From the NCBI GenBank assembly GCA_963785725.1, contig CAWAWS010000004.1:1-64000 (forward strand): a stretch of 64,000 bases of DNA, written 5' to 3'. This document shows positions 30,355 to 39,829 of this stretch, one piece after another. The stretch comes from an uncultured delta proteobacterium (lineage in GTDB: Bacteria; Myxococcota_A; Polyangia; Palsa-1104). The notes beneath the pieces were generated by a model. The model did no database searches. It was given only the letters and a program-made list of their open reading frames with translations, and was not told the origin of the DNA. Made by a program: the position numbers and the translations under genes. Numbering within the stretch: the first letter of the stretch is position 1; every line of letters starts with the position of its first letter.

Positions 30355-31096
30355 CGATGCACGCGCCGGTCATGGCGGCCGGAGCCGCGGTCGCCAAATA
30401 CAGCGCCACGCCGGCGACGTCGCCGCCTTGCATGCGCGGCGGAAAGCCGGAGCCGACGAGCATGTCGGTGTCGACGGAGCCGGGGCAGATGGCGTTGACT
30501 TGGATGCCGACGTCGCGCGTCTCCTCGGCCAGCGCGCGCGTGAAGCCGACGACGCCGTGCTTGGCCGCGCAATAGGCGACGAGGCCGGCGGTGCCTTGGC
30601 GACCGCTGATCGACGCGATGTTGATGATGCGGCCGTTACCGCGCTGGCGCATCTGCGGCAGGAACACGCGCGTGACGTTGAACGTGCCTTTCAAGTTGGC
30701 GTCGAGGACGTGATCCCAGTCGGCTTCGCTGGTCTCGTCGAGGCGCGCGCGCACGACGGTGCCGGCGTTGTTGACGAGGATGTCGGGCACGCCCAGCTCC
30801 TTGTCGACGGCGGCGTGCAGATGGCGCGCGTCGGCGAAGCGGCCGACGTCGCAGCGCAGCCACAGCGCCGACGCGCCCGGCGGCGCGGCGCGGCCGACGC
30901 GCTCGGCGGCGTCGGCGAGCCGCTTTTCGCCCTCGCGGTCGGCGGCGCGGCTGCACAAGGCGACGCGAGCGCCGGCGCGCGCGAAGGCCTCGGCGATGGC
31001 GAGGCCGATGCCGCGGCTGGCGCCGGTCACGACGGCGACGCGTCCGGCCAGCGGCAACGTCGCGTCACTCGCGCCCGACGGCGACGGCGACGTCAT
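30341..31096 (-). CDS. SDR-family oxidoreductase
   Basis: TGASRGIG, NNAG, YCAAK, ICPGSVDT. Confidence 0.93.
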   Translation of the reverse strand: MTSPSPSGASDATLPLAGRVAVVTGASRGIGLAIAEAFARAGARVALCSRAADREGEKRLADAAERVGRAAPPGASALWLRCDVGRFADARHLHAAVDKELGVPDILVNNAGTVVRARLDETSEADWDHVLDANLKGTFNVTRVFLPQMRQRGNGRIINIASISGRQGTAGLVAYCAAKHGVVGFTRALAEETRDVGIQVNAICPGSVDTDMLVGSGFPPRMQGGDVAGVALYLATAAPAAMTGACIDVFG

Positions 31097-31209
31097 GGTC
31101 TACGACTCGCGCGCAACATGAGCGACTCCTCGAGCGGATGCATCGCCATTCACTATCGAGCGATCGGCGCCGGCTGCCAGACTGTCCGACGCGACCGCCA
31201 TGCCTGCCG

Positions 31210-31869
31210 TCACCGGCCCTGCACGGCGGCGAAGAGGCGCGCACGCACGTCGGGGCGCTCGGCGGCTTGGCCGAGAAAGGCGCTGGTGGTCACCGTCGAG
31301 CTGTCGTGTTGGTCGCCGGGCAGCGCCAGACACAGCTGCTCGGCCTCGAGGACGACGCCGGCGCCGCGCGCACCCAAATGCTCCATCAGCGCCTCGGCGA
31401 TCTGATTCGTGATGCGCTCTTGCAGCGTCAGCCGGTGCGCGAAGCATTCGACGAGCTTGCCGAGGCGCCCGAAGCCGACCAGCTTTCCCGCCGGCAGATA
31501 GGCGACGTGCGCCAAGCCGCGATAGGGAAACAGGTGATGCGGACACATGGCGTGAAAGCGTAGGCCGGTGACGACGACGACGTCGGGATCGGCTTCGCCG
31601 ACGACGAGCTCGCCCAACAGCTGCGCCGGATCGGCGCTGTAACCGTCGAGGAATTCGCTCGCCCAGACGCGAGCGACGCGCGCCGGCGTGCTCGCCAGGT
31701 CGGCGTGCGTCGCGTCGAGGCCGCTGGCGACGAGCCAATCGCGGATGGCGCGCTCCATGCCGGCGACGTCGGGCGGCGCTTGCGCCGTCGCGCCCCGCGC
31801 CGCCGTCGCAGCCGACGCGGCGGCGAGCCCGAGCGTCTTGCCGCGCGGCGCGGGCGGCTCGGCCGCCAT
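31210..31869 (-). CDS. folE: GTP cyclohydrolase I, divergent active site
   Basis: TPARVAR, MCPHHLFPY, HVAYLP, LQERIT, EAEQLC; start overlaps the upstream stop. Confidence 0.85.
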   Translation of the reverse strand: MAAEPPAPRGKTLGLAAASAATAARGATAQAPPDVAGMERAIRDWLVASGLDATHADLASTPARVARVWASEFLDGYSADPAQLLGELVVGEADPDVVVVTGLRFHAMCPHHLFPYRGLAHVAYLPAGKLVGFGRLGKLVECFAHRLTLQERITNQIAEALMEHLGARGAGVVLEAEQLCLALPGDQHDSSTVTTSAFLGQAAERPDVRARLFAAVQGR

Positions 31870-32312
31870 CAGTGGAGCAGCCGCTGCGGGCTCGGCGCGG
31901 TCGTCAGGGGCTGGCGGCCGGAGAAGCCATCGCCCATCTCGTGCCAGAAGTTGACCTGCTTCTCGCCGTATTGCCAGCACAGCCAGACGTCGCGGCCCTC
32001 GCGCTCGCCGAGAAAATCGCACAGGCCGATGTCGAGATCTTTGACCGACACGCCCATCGCTTCGACGCCGGCCAGCTCCTCGGTCAACGTCTCGAGCAGC
32101 ACGCGAAAGCGGCCGCGCAGCTTGCGCAGGTCGTCGGGGCCGTCGCTGCGCTCGAGCGACTCGGCGGTGGGCGGCTCGCCGGCGCGCTCGAGCGCTTCGT
32201 AAGCCGTGCGCAGCTGCGCACGCAGCTGCATGACCGTGCCGAAGCGGATCTCGAGCGCCGGCACGAGCGCATTGGCCTCGGCGACGGTGAAATAGTGTTT
32301 GTCGACGCTCAT
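31869..32312 (-). CDS. DUF2203 family protein
   Basis: YFTVAEANALVP, VKDLDIGLCDF, WLCWQYGE..FWHE..GFSGRQP. Confidence 0.9.
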   Translation of the reverse strand: MSVDKHYFTVAEANALVPALEIRFGTVMQLRAQLRTAYEALERAGEPPTAESLERSDGPDDLRKLRGRFRVLLETLTEELAGVEAMGVSVKDLDIGLCDFLGEREGRDVWLCWQYGEKQVNFWHEMGDGFSGRQPLTTAPSPQRLLH

Positions 32313-32370
32313 GCCGCGATCGTTAGCACAGATTCCGCCGGCAAACACCCGCAACAGCGGCCTCACGGTG

Positions 32371-32868
32371 TTACGGGTCGGGGTCCGTCGCTTCGATGTG
32401 CTGCAGCTCCTCTTGTTCCTGACGCAGCTCGTCCTGCAGCTCGCGCATGCGGGTGTGCGCTTCGCTGAGCTGGATCGGGTCGGGCTCCTCGCCGTTGACC
32501 GCGCGATCGATGATCGCCTGATGCCGCTCCATCTCCGACAGCGTGCGCTTCTGCTTGGCGGCGTAAGTGGCGCGCCACTCTCGTCGCGTCTTGCCTTGAA
32601 TGACCTGGTCCATCGGATCGACCGGCAGCTTCACCGTCGGCGGCGGCGCAGTCGGCGGCGGCGGCGATGGTGGCGGCGCGGCGACCGGCCGCGGCGACGG
32701 CGCGACCGGAGGCGGCGTCGGCGCGAGCGGCTGCGCGATCTCGACGGGGCGCGGGTTGTCGGCGGGTGGCGGCGGCGGCGTCTTCGCTGCGTGTAGATCG
32801 ACGAAAATGAAGATGACGAGGCCGATCGTGACGACGGCGAGCGCGGCGGCGAGCAGGAACGCGCGCAT
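32371..32868 (-). CDS. Hypothetical membrane-anchored Pro-rich/coiled-coil protein
   Basis: N-terminal TM, Pro-rich linker, GKTRREWR followed by a coiled coil. Confidence 0.7.
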   Translation of the reverse strand: MRAFLLAAALAVVTIGLVIFIFVDLHAAKTPPPPPADNPRPVEIAQPLAPTPPPVAPSPRPVAAPPPSPPPPTAPPPTVKLPVDPMDQVIQGKTRREWRATYAAKQKRTLSEMERHQAIIDRAVNGEEPDPIQLSEAHTRMRELQDELRQEQEELQHIEATDPDP

Positions 32869-33974
32869 CAGACCTGGCGCAGCTTGGCGGCGACGGCGCG
32901 GGCGCGGCCGTCGCGCAGCGCGGCCAGCGCGGCTTCGGCGGCGGCGAGCGGCGCGACGCCGCGCGCGACGTGCAGCCACAGCGCGGCCGCCGCGGCGGCA
33001 CGCAGCGACGGGCCGGGCGCGCCATCGAGCGCGGCCTGGTTGGCGGCGACGGCGCGCGCGTCGGCGGCTGCGCGTTCGGCGAGCGCGCGCTCGGCCGCGT
33101 CGTCGCCGTCGTCGTCGGGCTCGGCGGCCGATTTCGCGCCGCCGGCGACCGGCTCGGCTGCGGTCGGCTGCGCGCGCGGCGCCGGCGCATCGGCGGGATC
33201 TTCGGCGAGCGCGCGCAGATCGATCGTCTCGGGCGCGCCGCCCGGACGGCACACGCGGACGATCTTGCCCGGCGACGCTTCCGGCAGCCCACCCAGCGCT
33301 TGCACGCACAACGACGCGCCCGGCCGCTCCGCCAGCGCCGCCGCCGTCGACGGCAAATAGGGCGCGTGGAAGACGCCGACGACGCGCGCGTCGGCCGACA
33401 GCGGATCGAGCAGCTTCATGAGCGTTTGCGCCACGGTGCGCACGCCGAACAGCGGGCGCAGGGCGACGAGGCGCGCCAACGACGGGCAATAGCGCGGCAG
33501 ATCGAGCGCGGCCACGCCCACCGTCGACAAGGCGCGGGCGGCGCGCGGCGCGTCGAGCGGCGACTGCAGGTCGAGGCCGAGGGCGGCGAGCGCGGCGACG
33601 AGGCCGTGGCGTCCGGTCGGCAGCTCGGCCTGCAGGCGCAAGAGCACGGGCACGCCGAGCGCGGCCAGCGCGCAGGCGGCGGCGGGCAGGAGCGTGGCGC
33701 GGCCGGCGTGGCCGTCGCCGTGGCAGTCGACGTCGAGCGTGCCGGCGGGCGCGCGCGCGTCGCCGACGTCGCTGCGCGCGGTCAACGCGGCGACGAAGCC
33801 GGCCAGCTCGTCGCCGGCCTCGCCTTTCATGCGCAGCGCCAACAGAAAAGCGCCCACTTGCTCGGGGCGCGCCTCACCGTCGGCCAAGAGACCCATGGCG
33901 ACGCGCGCTTCCTCACGGGTCAGATCGCGCGCGCGCTTGGCGCCACTGCCGACGGCCTTGATGAACCGATGCAC
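32868..33974 (-). CDS. Anthranilate phosphoribosyltransferase-like (glycosyltransferase family 3, YbiB/TrpD2-type) protein
   Basis: FIKAVGSGAKRARDLTREEA, QVGAFLLALRMKGE..ELAGF, LRPLFGVRT, GVFHAPY; GTG start inferred. Confidence 0.8.
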   Translation of the reverse strand: MHRFIKAVGSGAKRARDLTREEARVAMGLLADGEARPEQVGAFLLALRMKGEAGDELAGFVAALTARSDVGDARAPAGTLDVDCHGDGHAGRATLLPAAACALAALGVPVLLRLQAELPTGRHGLVAALAALGLDLQSPLDAPRAARALSTVGVAALDLPRYCPSLARLVALRPLFGVRTVAQTLMKLLDPLSADARVVGVFHAPYLPSTAAALAERPGASLCVQALGGLPEASPGKIVRVCRPGGAPETIDLRALAEDPADAPAPRAQPTAAEPVAGGAKSAAEPDDDGDDAAERALAERAAADARAVAANQAALDGAPGPSLRAAAAAALWLHVARGVAPLAAAEAALAALRDGRARAVAAKLRQV

Positions 33975-33993
33975 GGCCCCTACGATGCCGTGC

Positions 33994-34701
33994 ATGAAGC
34001 TCGACGGCAAGACGGCGCTGGTGACGGGTGGCGCGCGGCGAGTGGGGCGGGCGATCGTCGAGGAGCTGGCGCGCGCCGGCTGTCGGATGGCGATCCACCA
34101 CGCCAACAGCGACGGCGAGGCGGCGGCGTTGGCGGCGACTTTGCCGGGCGCGCTGGTCGTCAAGGCCGATCTGCGCCAGGCGGGCGCGGCGCGGACGGTC
34201 GTCGACGCGGTGGTGGCGGCGACGGGGCGGCTCGACGTGCTCGTCAACAGCGCGGCCGACTATGCGCGCACGCCGCTGGCGACGACCGAGGACGGCGTGC
34301 TGACGGCGTTCATGGCGTTGAACGTCGGGGCGCCGCTGTCGCTGATGCGCGAGGCGGCGCGCGTCGGGGTCGGCAGCGTCGTCAACATCGTCGATATCGC
34401 GGCCTGGCAGCCCTGGCCGGCGTGGAGCGTCTATTCGGCGACGAAGGCGGCGCTGTTGCAGCTGTCGCGCTGCTTGGCGCTGGAGCTGGCGCCGCAGACG
34501 CGCGTCAACTGCGTCGCGCCCGGCACCGTCATCTTTCCCGCCGACTGGGACGACGCGCGCCGGCAGGCGCAGCTCGCCAAGATCCCGCTGGCGCGCTCGG
34601 GCACGCCCGCCGACGTGGGCCGCATGGTCCGCTTCTTGTGCGAGGAGGATTACCTGACGGGCGTGTGCCTGCCCGTCGACGGTGGCGCCGGGCTGCGTTA
34701 G
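33994..34701 (+). CDS. SDR, pteridine reductase/FolM-like
   Basis: TGGARRVGRAI (Arg-containing PTR1-type motif), NSAA, NIVD, YSATK, RVNCVAPG. Confidence 0.82.
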   Translation: MKLDGKTALVTGGARRVGRAIVEELARAGCRMAIHHANSDGEAAALAATLPGALVVKADLRQAGAARTVVDAVVAATGRLDVLVNSAADYARTPLATTEDGVLTAFMALNVGAPLSLMREAARVGVGSVVNIVDIAAWQPWPAWSVYSATKAALLQLSRCLALELAPQTRVNCVAPGTVIFPADWDDARRQAQLAKIPLARSGTPADVGRMVRFLCEEDYLTGVCLPVDGGAGLR

Positions 34702-34711
34702 TCGGCTTGCG

Positions 34712-35287
34712 TCAGTCGAGGTCGGCGGCGAGCGACGCGCGCGAATCCTCGCTCAGCCGCGCCTCGTGCCGATAGTTGCCGTGGTCGATCGCGATCGCCA
34801 CCGCCGAGCCCGGCGTGCGCAGCGCCTTCTGCGCCGCCGCCGACAACGTGAACCGCAGGTACTGCACGGCCGCCAGCTTATCGACCGCGAACTGCTCGGC
34901 GTCGAACTCGGCGCGGATCCGCTCGCCGCCGACGACGAGCCACACGTGATCCTGCAGCCCGATCAGCCGGTTGAGCGTGCGCTCGACCTCGGCTTCATCG
35001 GTGATCTCGACGAACAGCGTCGCCGCCAGCTGCCCGTCGTCGGGCAAGACCGCGTTGTAGACGTCGATCTCTTCCTGAATCTTGTCATTCTCGACGAGCC
35101 CTTCGGCGCGACACATCTCCTCGACCTGCGCGATCATCGTCGCGCGGTTCTCGAAGACCATCGACACCGAGGGACCGACTGACACGCGCCGCAGCCGCTT
35201 GACCGCGATGACATGCTTGCGCACGTCGTCGCGAATGGCCTCGTACAGCTTGGGCCCACGAATATCGGCGCGTGTCAGCTTCTTCAT
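34712..35287 (-). CDS. DUF3501 family protein
   Basis: [46 protein letters not shown]; follows rubrerythrin. Confidence 0.88.
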   Translation of the reverse strand: MKKLTRADIRGPKLYEAIRDDVRKHVIAVKRLRRVSVGPSVSMVFENRATMIAQVEEMCRAEGLVENDKIQEEIDVYNAVLPDDGQLAATLFVEITDEAEVERTLNRLIGLQDHVWLVVGGERIRAEFDAEQFAVDKLAAVQYLRFTLSAAAQKALRTPGSAVAIAIDHGNYRHEARLSEDSRASLAADLD

Positions 35288-35289
35288 GG

Positions 35290-35718
35290 CTACTTCTGCA
35301 GCGTGTCCAGGCCCTTTTGGAAGCGGCCGGCGTGCGACTTCTCGGCGCGAGCGAGCGTCTCGAACCACTCGGCGACCTCTTCGAAGCCTTCGTCGCGCGC
35401 GGTCTTGGCGAAGCCCGGGTACATTTTCGTGTACTCGTACGTCTCGCCGGCGATGGACGCGCGCAGGTTCTTCTCGCTGTTGCCGATCGGCTCGCCCGTC
35501 GCCGGATCGCCGACTTCCTTCAGGAAATCGAGGTGGCCGTGCGCGTGGCCCGTCTCGCCTTCGGCGGTGTCGCGGAAGAGGCCGGCGATGTCCGGCTGAC
35601 CCTCGACGTCGGCCGTCTTCGCGAAATAGAGGTAGCGACGGTTCGCCTGCGACTCGCCGGCGAACGCCTCCTTCAGGTTCTCGTGCGTCTTGGTGCCCTT
35701 CAAAGCCGTCTTCGACAT
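35290..35718 (-). CDS. rbr: Short rubrerythrin/erythrin without rubredoxin domain
   Basis: [53 protein letters not shown]. Confidence 0.94.
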   Translation of the reverse strand: MSKTALKGTKTHENLKEAFAGESQANRRYLYFAKTADVEGQPDIAGLFRDTAEGETGHAHGHLDFLKEVGDPATGEPIGNSEKNLRASIAGETYEYTKMYPGFAKTARDEGFEEVAEWFETLARAEKSHAGRFQKGLDTLQK

Positions 35719-35908
35719 GGCGCTCTCCTTCGGCAAATCCGATATGGGGAGGCGAACGTAGCACGCCCGTTTTAGTCGGTGCAACGCGGACTCGGCGGAC
35801 GCGCGAGGATTCGCCGCAGCCACTGGCCACAACGGTGCCGCAGCGGTTGAAGATGGGTAAATCGACGGCCTCGGGCAAGTCCCCGGCGCGATCGGCCGTA
35901 CAACGCGC

Positions 35909-36400
35909 ATGCTCGCCGGCCCCTTCGCCGCTCGCTTTTCCGCTCGGCGCCTGGCGCTGGGCTGCGTCGTGCTCACCGTCGTGGCCGGCGCCGGCGTCGC
36001 CCGCGCCGACGTGAGCGCGCCCGAGGTCGTCGCGTCGTCGTTTCCGCTCGGGACGCGCTGCGCCCAAGCGCTCGTCCGCGCGCAACGGCGCGTCGGGCGC
36101 GACTTCACCGGCGACCCGTCGCTGACGCTGACCGCGGCCGGCGCCGGCGCGGAGCTGCACGTCAGCGACATGTGCGGCGTGGCCGGCGACGCCACGCTCA
36201 CGCTCGCGCGCGACCCGCGTCCCGACCGCGCCTGGCTGCGCCTTCACCGCAGCGACGAGCCCGGCAATGCGCACACGCACCTCACGCGCCGTCACGCCGG
36301 CTGGCGCGCGGTCATCGACGTCGTCGTCGAAGGGCTGGCGCCGGGCGACTTCGAGCGCGCCTTCCGCGCCGCGGTCGACGTCTGCCTGGCCGCGCGTTGA
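35909..36400 (+). CDS. Hypothetical secreted protein
   Basis: Signal-like LALGCVVLTVVAGAGVARA; C-terminal FRAAVDVCL. Confidence 0.6.
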   Translation: MLAGPFAARFSARRLALGCVVLTVVAGAGVARADVSAPEVVASSFPLGTRCAQALVRAQRRVGRDFTGDPSLTLTAAGAGAELHVSDMCGVAGDATLTLARDPRPDRAWLRLHRSDEPGNAHTHLTRRHAGWRAVIDVVVEGLAPGDFERAFRAAVDVCLAAR

Positions 36401-36551
36401 CCGGTGTCAGTGCGCACACGACGCACGGTGGGTGGGGCTCGAGGTCTCGGTCGTGTACGCCGTTTGTACAGTCGGGTCACGGTAGCTGCCTTTGCGATCG
36501 CGCGCTTGGCTGCTCGATGTGACAGGTACGGATCTTGATCTACAGCCGCGC

Positions 36552-36692
36552 ATGAAGCCTTGGCAGCTTGTCCTAATCCTGCTCACGTGGCCGGTGTCGT
36601 TGTGGCAGACGTTGCAAGCGCGCCGTCGCTTGCGTGCCGGGCTCCTCTTGGAGCGCGGAGAGCGTCGCCTGACGTTGCGGCGCGTGGCCTGA
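36552..36692 (+). CDS. Possible 46-aa membrane peptide
   Basis: MKPWQLVLILLTWPVSLWQ followed by an Arg-rich tail, directly upstream of the receiver gene. Confidence 0.4.
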   Translation: MKPWQLVLILLTWPVSLWQTLQARRRLRAGLLLERGERRLTLRRVA

Positions 36693-36722
36693 CGCTTGCT
36701 CCGTGACGGGCCGAGGCCTGTC

Positions 36723-37142
36723 ATGGAGATCACTTCACCCAAAGCGTACAAGGCGCCCGCGCACGGTGTCCCGCGCGTGCTCATCGTCGACGACGAGCTC
36801 GATCACGCGGAGATCTGCGCGGCTTTACTGCGCCGGCGCGGCTACCAAGTGGTGGTCGCCATCACCGGCGCCGACGCCTTCGAGCTCGCGCAGTCGCTGC
36901 AGCCCGACCTCATCCTGCTCGATCTACATATGCCGGTGGTCGACGGCTTTTCCACCGCAGCGAACCTGCATGACCATCCCGATACCCGCCATGTTCCCAT
37001 CGTGTTTCTCTCGGCGTGCGCCGAAGATCACGCCGACCGCTTGCAGCCGCTCGGCGTGCTCGAGTGTCTGCGCAAGCCGTTTCGCGCGGCGCAGCTCATC
37101 GACTGCGTCGAGCGTTCGCTCGAGCGGCGGACGCACGCCTAA
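36723..37142 (+). CDS. Single-domain response regulator
   Basis: VLIVDDE, LILLDLHMP, IVFLSA, RKPF. Confidence 0.92.
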   Translation: MEITSPKAYKAPAHGVPRVLIVDDELDHAEICAALLRRRGYQVVVAITGADAFELAQSLQPDLILLDLHMPVVDGFSTAANLHDHPDTRHVPIVFLSACAEDHADRLQPLGVLECLRKPFRAAQLIDCVERSLERRTHA

Positions 37143-37145
37143 GCG

Positions 37146-39176
37146 ATGGCGCGACTGCAGCTCGATTACGCACGCAGCCTCTTGCGCGCAGCCCCGGCGG
37201 CCGATTTGGCGCGCGTCGTGTTCAAGAAGGTGCAGGCGCGGCTGCGTCCGCCGCCGCCCGCGCCGCCGCTCGTCGCAGGCGACATCGCCGCCGCCGCCGA
37301 TGCGCTCGGGCGCGCGCCCCATCTGTTCACCGACGCGCCGCTCGCCGACGCCTATCGCGCGCATTTTCCCGACGGAGTCGCGCGTTTCGCAGCGCGCGCC
37401 GAGCGCATCTTGGCGCACGACATCGACCTCTTCGGCACGCCGCGCCGCCTCGGCCCGACGATCGACTGGCGCGTCGATCCGCTCGGCGGCAAGCGCATCG
37501 ACGGCGACGGCCTCTTTCCCGACGGCGTCGACCCGAAGGGCGCGTGGGAGCTCGGGCGCGCCGCGCATCTCGTCGAGCTGGCCGCGGCCTCGCGGCTGAT
37601 TCCGTCGCTGCGCGCGGCGGCGCGCGCCGAAATCGTGGCCCAGCTCGACTCGTTTTGGGCCGCCAATCCCGTCGCCAGCGGCTTGCACTACGCGTCGCCG
37701 CTGGAAGTGGCGCTGCGCGCGGTGCATTGGCTCGCGTGCGTCGAGCTCGTCGGTGGCGCGGGCGCGCTGCCGCGGCCGTTCGTCGAGCGGCTGGCCACGC
37801 GTCTGCTCGGCGACGGCCATTTCTTGGCGACACATTTGGAGGATCGCGGCGTCGTTCCCGCCAATCACCTGCTCGGCGATTACGTCGGCTTGTGGGCGAT
37901 CGGCCTGGCGCTCGACGGCGCACCGGGCGCGCGTGGCTGGCGCGCGCAGGCGGCGCGCGGCCTCGTCGTGCAAGCGGCGCGGCAAGTCGGCGCCGACGGC
38001 GCGCACTTCGAAGCCTCGACGTCCTATCATCGCTTCGCGCTCGAGCTGGTCTTGGTCGCGCAGGCCTACGCGCGCGCCGCCGAAGGTGCCGAGCTCGTCG
38101 CCGCGCAGCTGGGCGAGACGCTGCACCACATGCTGACGTTCGTCGCCGGCTACGTCGGCCCCGACGGCTGCGAGCCGGCGTTCGGCGACAGCGACGACGC
38201 GCGCCTCTGTCCCATCGTGCCGCGTCCGCCGCGCGAGCACGCCTATCTCTTGTCCGTCGGCGCCGCGCTCTTCGGCGATCCGTCGCTGAAGCTGCCGTCG
38301 GTGAAGCTGGCGGAAGAGGCGCTGTGGCTGTGCGGACCGGAGGCGGCGGCGACGTGGGATTGGCTGCCGGCGACGCCACCGCCGCGCGCCGCCTCGTTTC
38401 CGTCGGGCGGCGTGCACGTCTTGCGCAGTGACCACTGGCAAGTGGAGCTGCGCTCCGGCTCGTACGGTCAGCGCGGCGTCGGCGGGCACGCGCACAACGA
38501 TCAGCTCTCGTTCGTCGCCTGGCTCGACGGCCGGCCGCTCGTCGTCGACACCGGCACCGCGCGTTATGCCGCCGACATGGTGGCGCGCGATCGGTTTCGC
38601 GGCACGGCGGCGCACTCGACGATCGTCGTCGCCGGCGCCGAGCAGTCGACCATTCGCGACGGCCGTCCGTTCGCGCTCCTCGACGAAGCCCAGGCGCCGC
38701 CGGTGCAGCTCGAGGACCACGGCGACGTGGCCGAGCTCGTCGCCGCGCATGACGGCTATCGCCGGCTGCCCAATCGCCTGCGTCATCAGCGGCGCGTCAT
38801 TTTGCGGCGCTCGCTCGAGTGTCTGCTGATCGAAGATCACCTCGACGGGCGCGGCTCGGCGGGGGTCGAGTCGCGCTTTCACCTCGCTCAGCCGGCGCGG
38901 CGCATGACGCTCGCAGAGGCCGCGCCGCTCTTGGCCAAGCTGATCCCGATGTTCGGACCGATCGACGCGGCGCAAGTGGTGGCCATCGGCGATCCGATTT
39001 CGGCTATCTTGGTCGGGACAACTCCCGACAGTGGCCGACTTCAGTTGGAAACAGGAGCATTTTCAGCGCAATACGGACGTGTGGAGCCAATCCCGCTTGT
39101 CACGTTTCGCGCGCTGCTTACGTTCCCGACGGTATTGACCACCATCTTCATTCGTGCGGGAGAAATTCAGGGGTGA
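37146..39176 (+). CDS. Heparinase II/III-family protein
   Basis: DPKGAWELGR, NHLLGD, DGAHFEASTSYH, GDSDDAR, GHAHNDQLSF, DTGT, RGTAAHST, HDGY. Confidence 0.9.
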   Translation: MARLQLDYARSLLRAAPAADLARVVFKKVQARLRPPPPAPPLVAGDIAAAADALGRAPHLFTDAPLADAYRAHFPDGVARFAARAERILAHDIDLFGTPRRLGPTIDWRVDPLGGKRIDGDGLFPDGVDPKGAWELGRAAHLVELAAASRLIPSLRAAARAEIVAQLDSFWAANPVASGLHYASPLEVALRAVHWLACVELVGGAGALPRPFVERLATRLLGDGHFLATHLEDRGVVPANHLLGDYVGLWAIGLALDGAPGARGWRAQAARGLVVQAARQVGADGAHFEASTSYHRFALELVLVAQAYARAAEGAELVAAQLGETLHHMLTFVAGYVGPDGCEPAFGDSDDARLCPIVPRPPREHAYLLSVGAALFGDPSLKLPSVKLAEEALWLCGPEAAATWDWLPATPPPRAASFPSGGVHVLRSDHWQVELRSGSYGQRGVGGHAHNDQLSFVAWLDGRPLVVDTGTARYAADMVARDRFRGTAAHSTIVVAGAEQSTIRDGRPFALLDEAQAPPVQLEDHGDVAELVAAHDGYRRLPNRLRHQRRVILRRSLECLLIEDHLDGRGSAGVESRFHLAQPARRMTLAEAAPLLAKLIPMFGPIDAAQVVAIGDPISAILVGTTPDSGRLQLETGAFSAQYGRVEPIPLVTFRALLTFPTVLTTIFIRAGEIQG

Positions 39177-39766
39177 TGGACAGCGTGACGACTACGTTTC
39201 TCGAGATCAAGGACGCGCTGGGCGACTCCGCTGACGCCTCCATCGAGCCACTGCTGGGCGAGCTGTGGACCTACGCCACGAACGACACGCCGGTCGCCGA
39301 CGTGCAGCTCACGAGCGTCGAGGACATCGCGGTCGCCTTCATCGAGAGCCTGCAGCCGCCGTCGCTGGCGGTGGACAAGGTGCTGCGCGCGGGCCGGGCG
39401 CTCATCGAGGTCGCCGAAGGCACCGAGCGGCTCGACGCCGCCGGGGTCAAGCGCCTGCGCCAGCTCGTCGATCACGCGGCCGTCGAGGTCCTGCGCGCGA
39501 CGGAGGCGGGCCACACCGGCCGCCGCAACGCGTGGCTGTCCTTCTATGCGCACGAGCTGAAGAACCCGCTCAACACCATGCTCAACGCGCTGTGGCTGAT
39601 TCGCGAGCGCGGCTCCGATGCGCCGCAAGCCGCGCGCTTCTTGGAGCTGGCCGAGCGCGCGGTCAAGAAGCTGGAAGAGCGCATCAAGGACCTAAAGGGC
39701 CTCGACCAAGCGCTGGCCGCCCTCCCGCCCGGCTGGGAAGGCCGCCTAACCCCGAAACGCCGTTAA
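39176..39766 (+). CDS. HisKA (dimerisation/phosphoacceptor) domain protein lacking the HATPase domain
   Basis: AHELKNPLN H-box; ORF ends about 60 aa later with no N/G1/F/G2 boxes; TGATG coupling to the upstream gene. Confidence 0.8.
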   Translation: MDSVTTTFLEIKDALGDSADASIEPLLGELWTYATNDTPVADVQLTSVEDIAVAFIESLQPPSLAVDKVLRAGRALIEVAEGTERLDAAGVKRLRQLVDHAAVEVLRATEAGHTGRRNAWLSFYAHELKNPLNTMLNALWLIRERGSDAPQAARFLELAERAVKKLEERIKDLKGLDQALAALPPGWEGRLTPKRR

Positions 39767-39829
39767 TCTCCGGCGCCTCCGCCTCCGGCTTCATCCGACG
39801 CTGCCTCCGGCTCTGCAAGCCTGAGCGGA

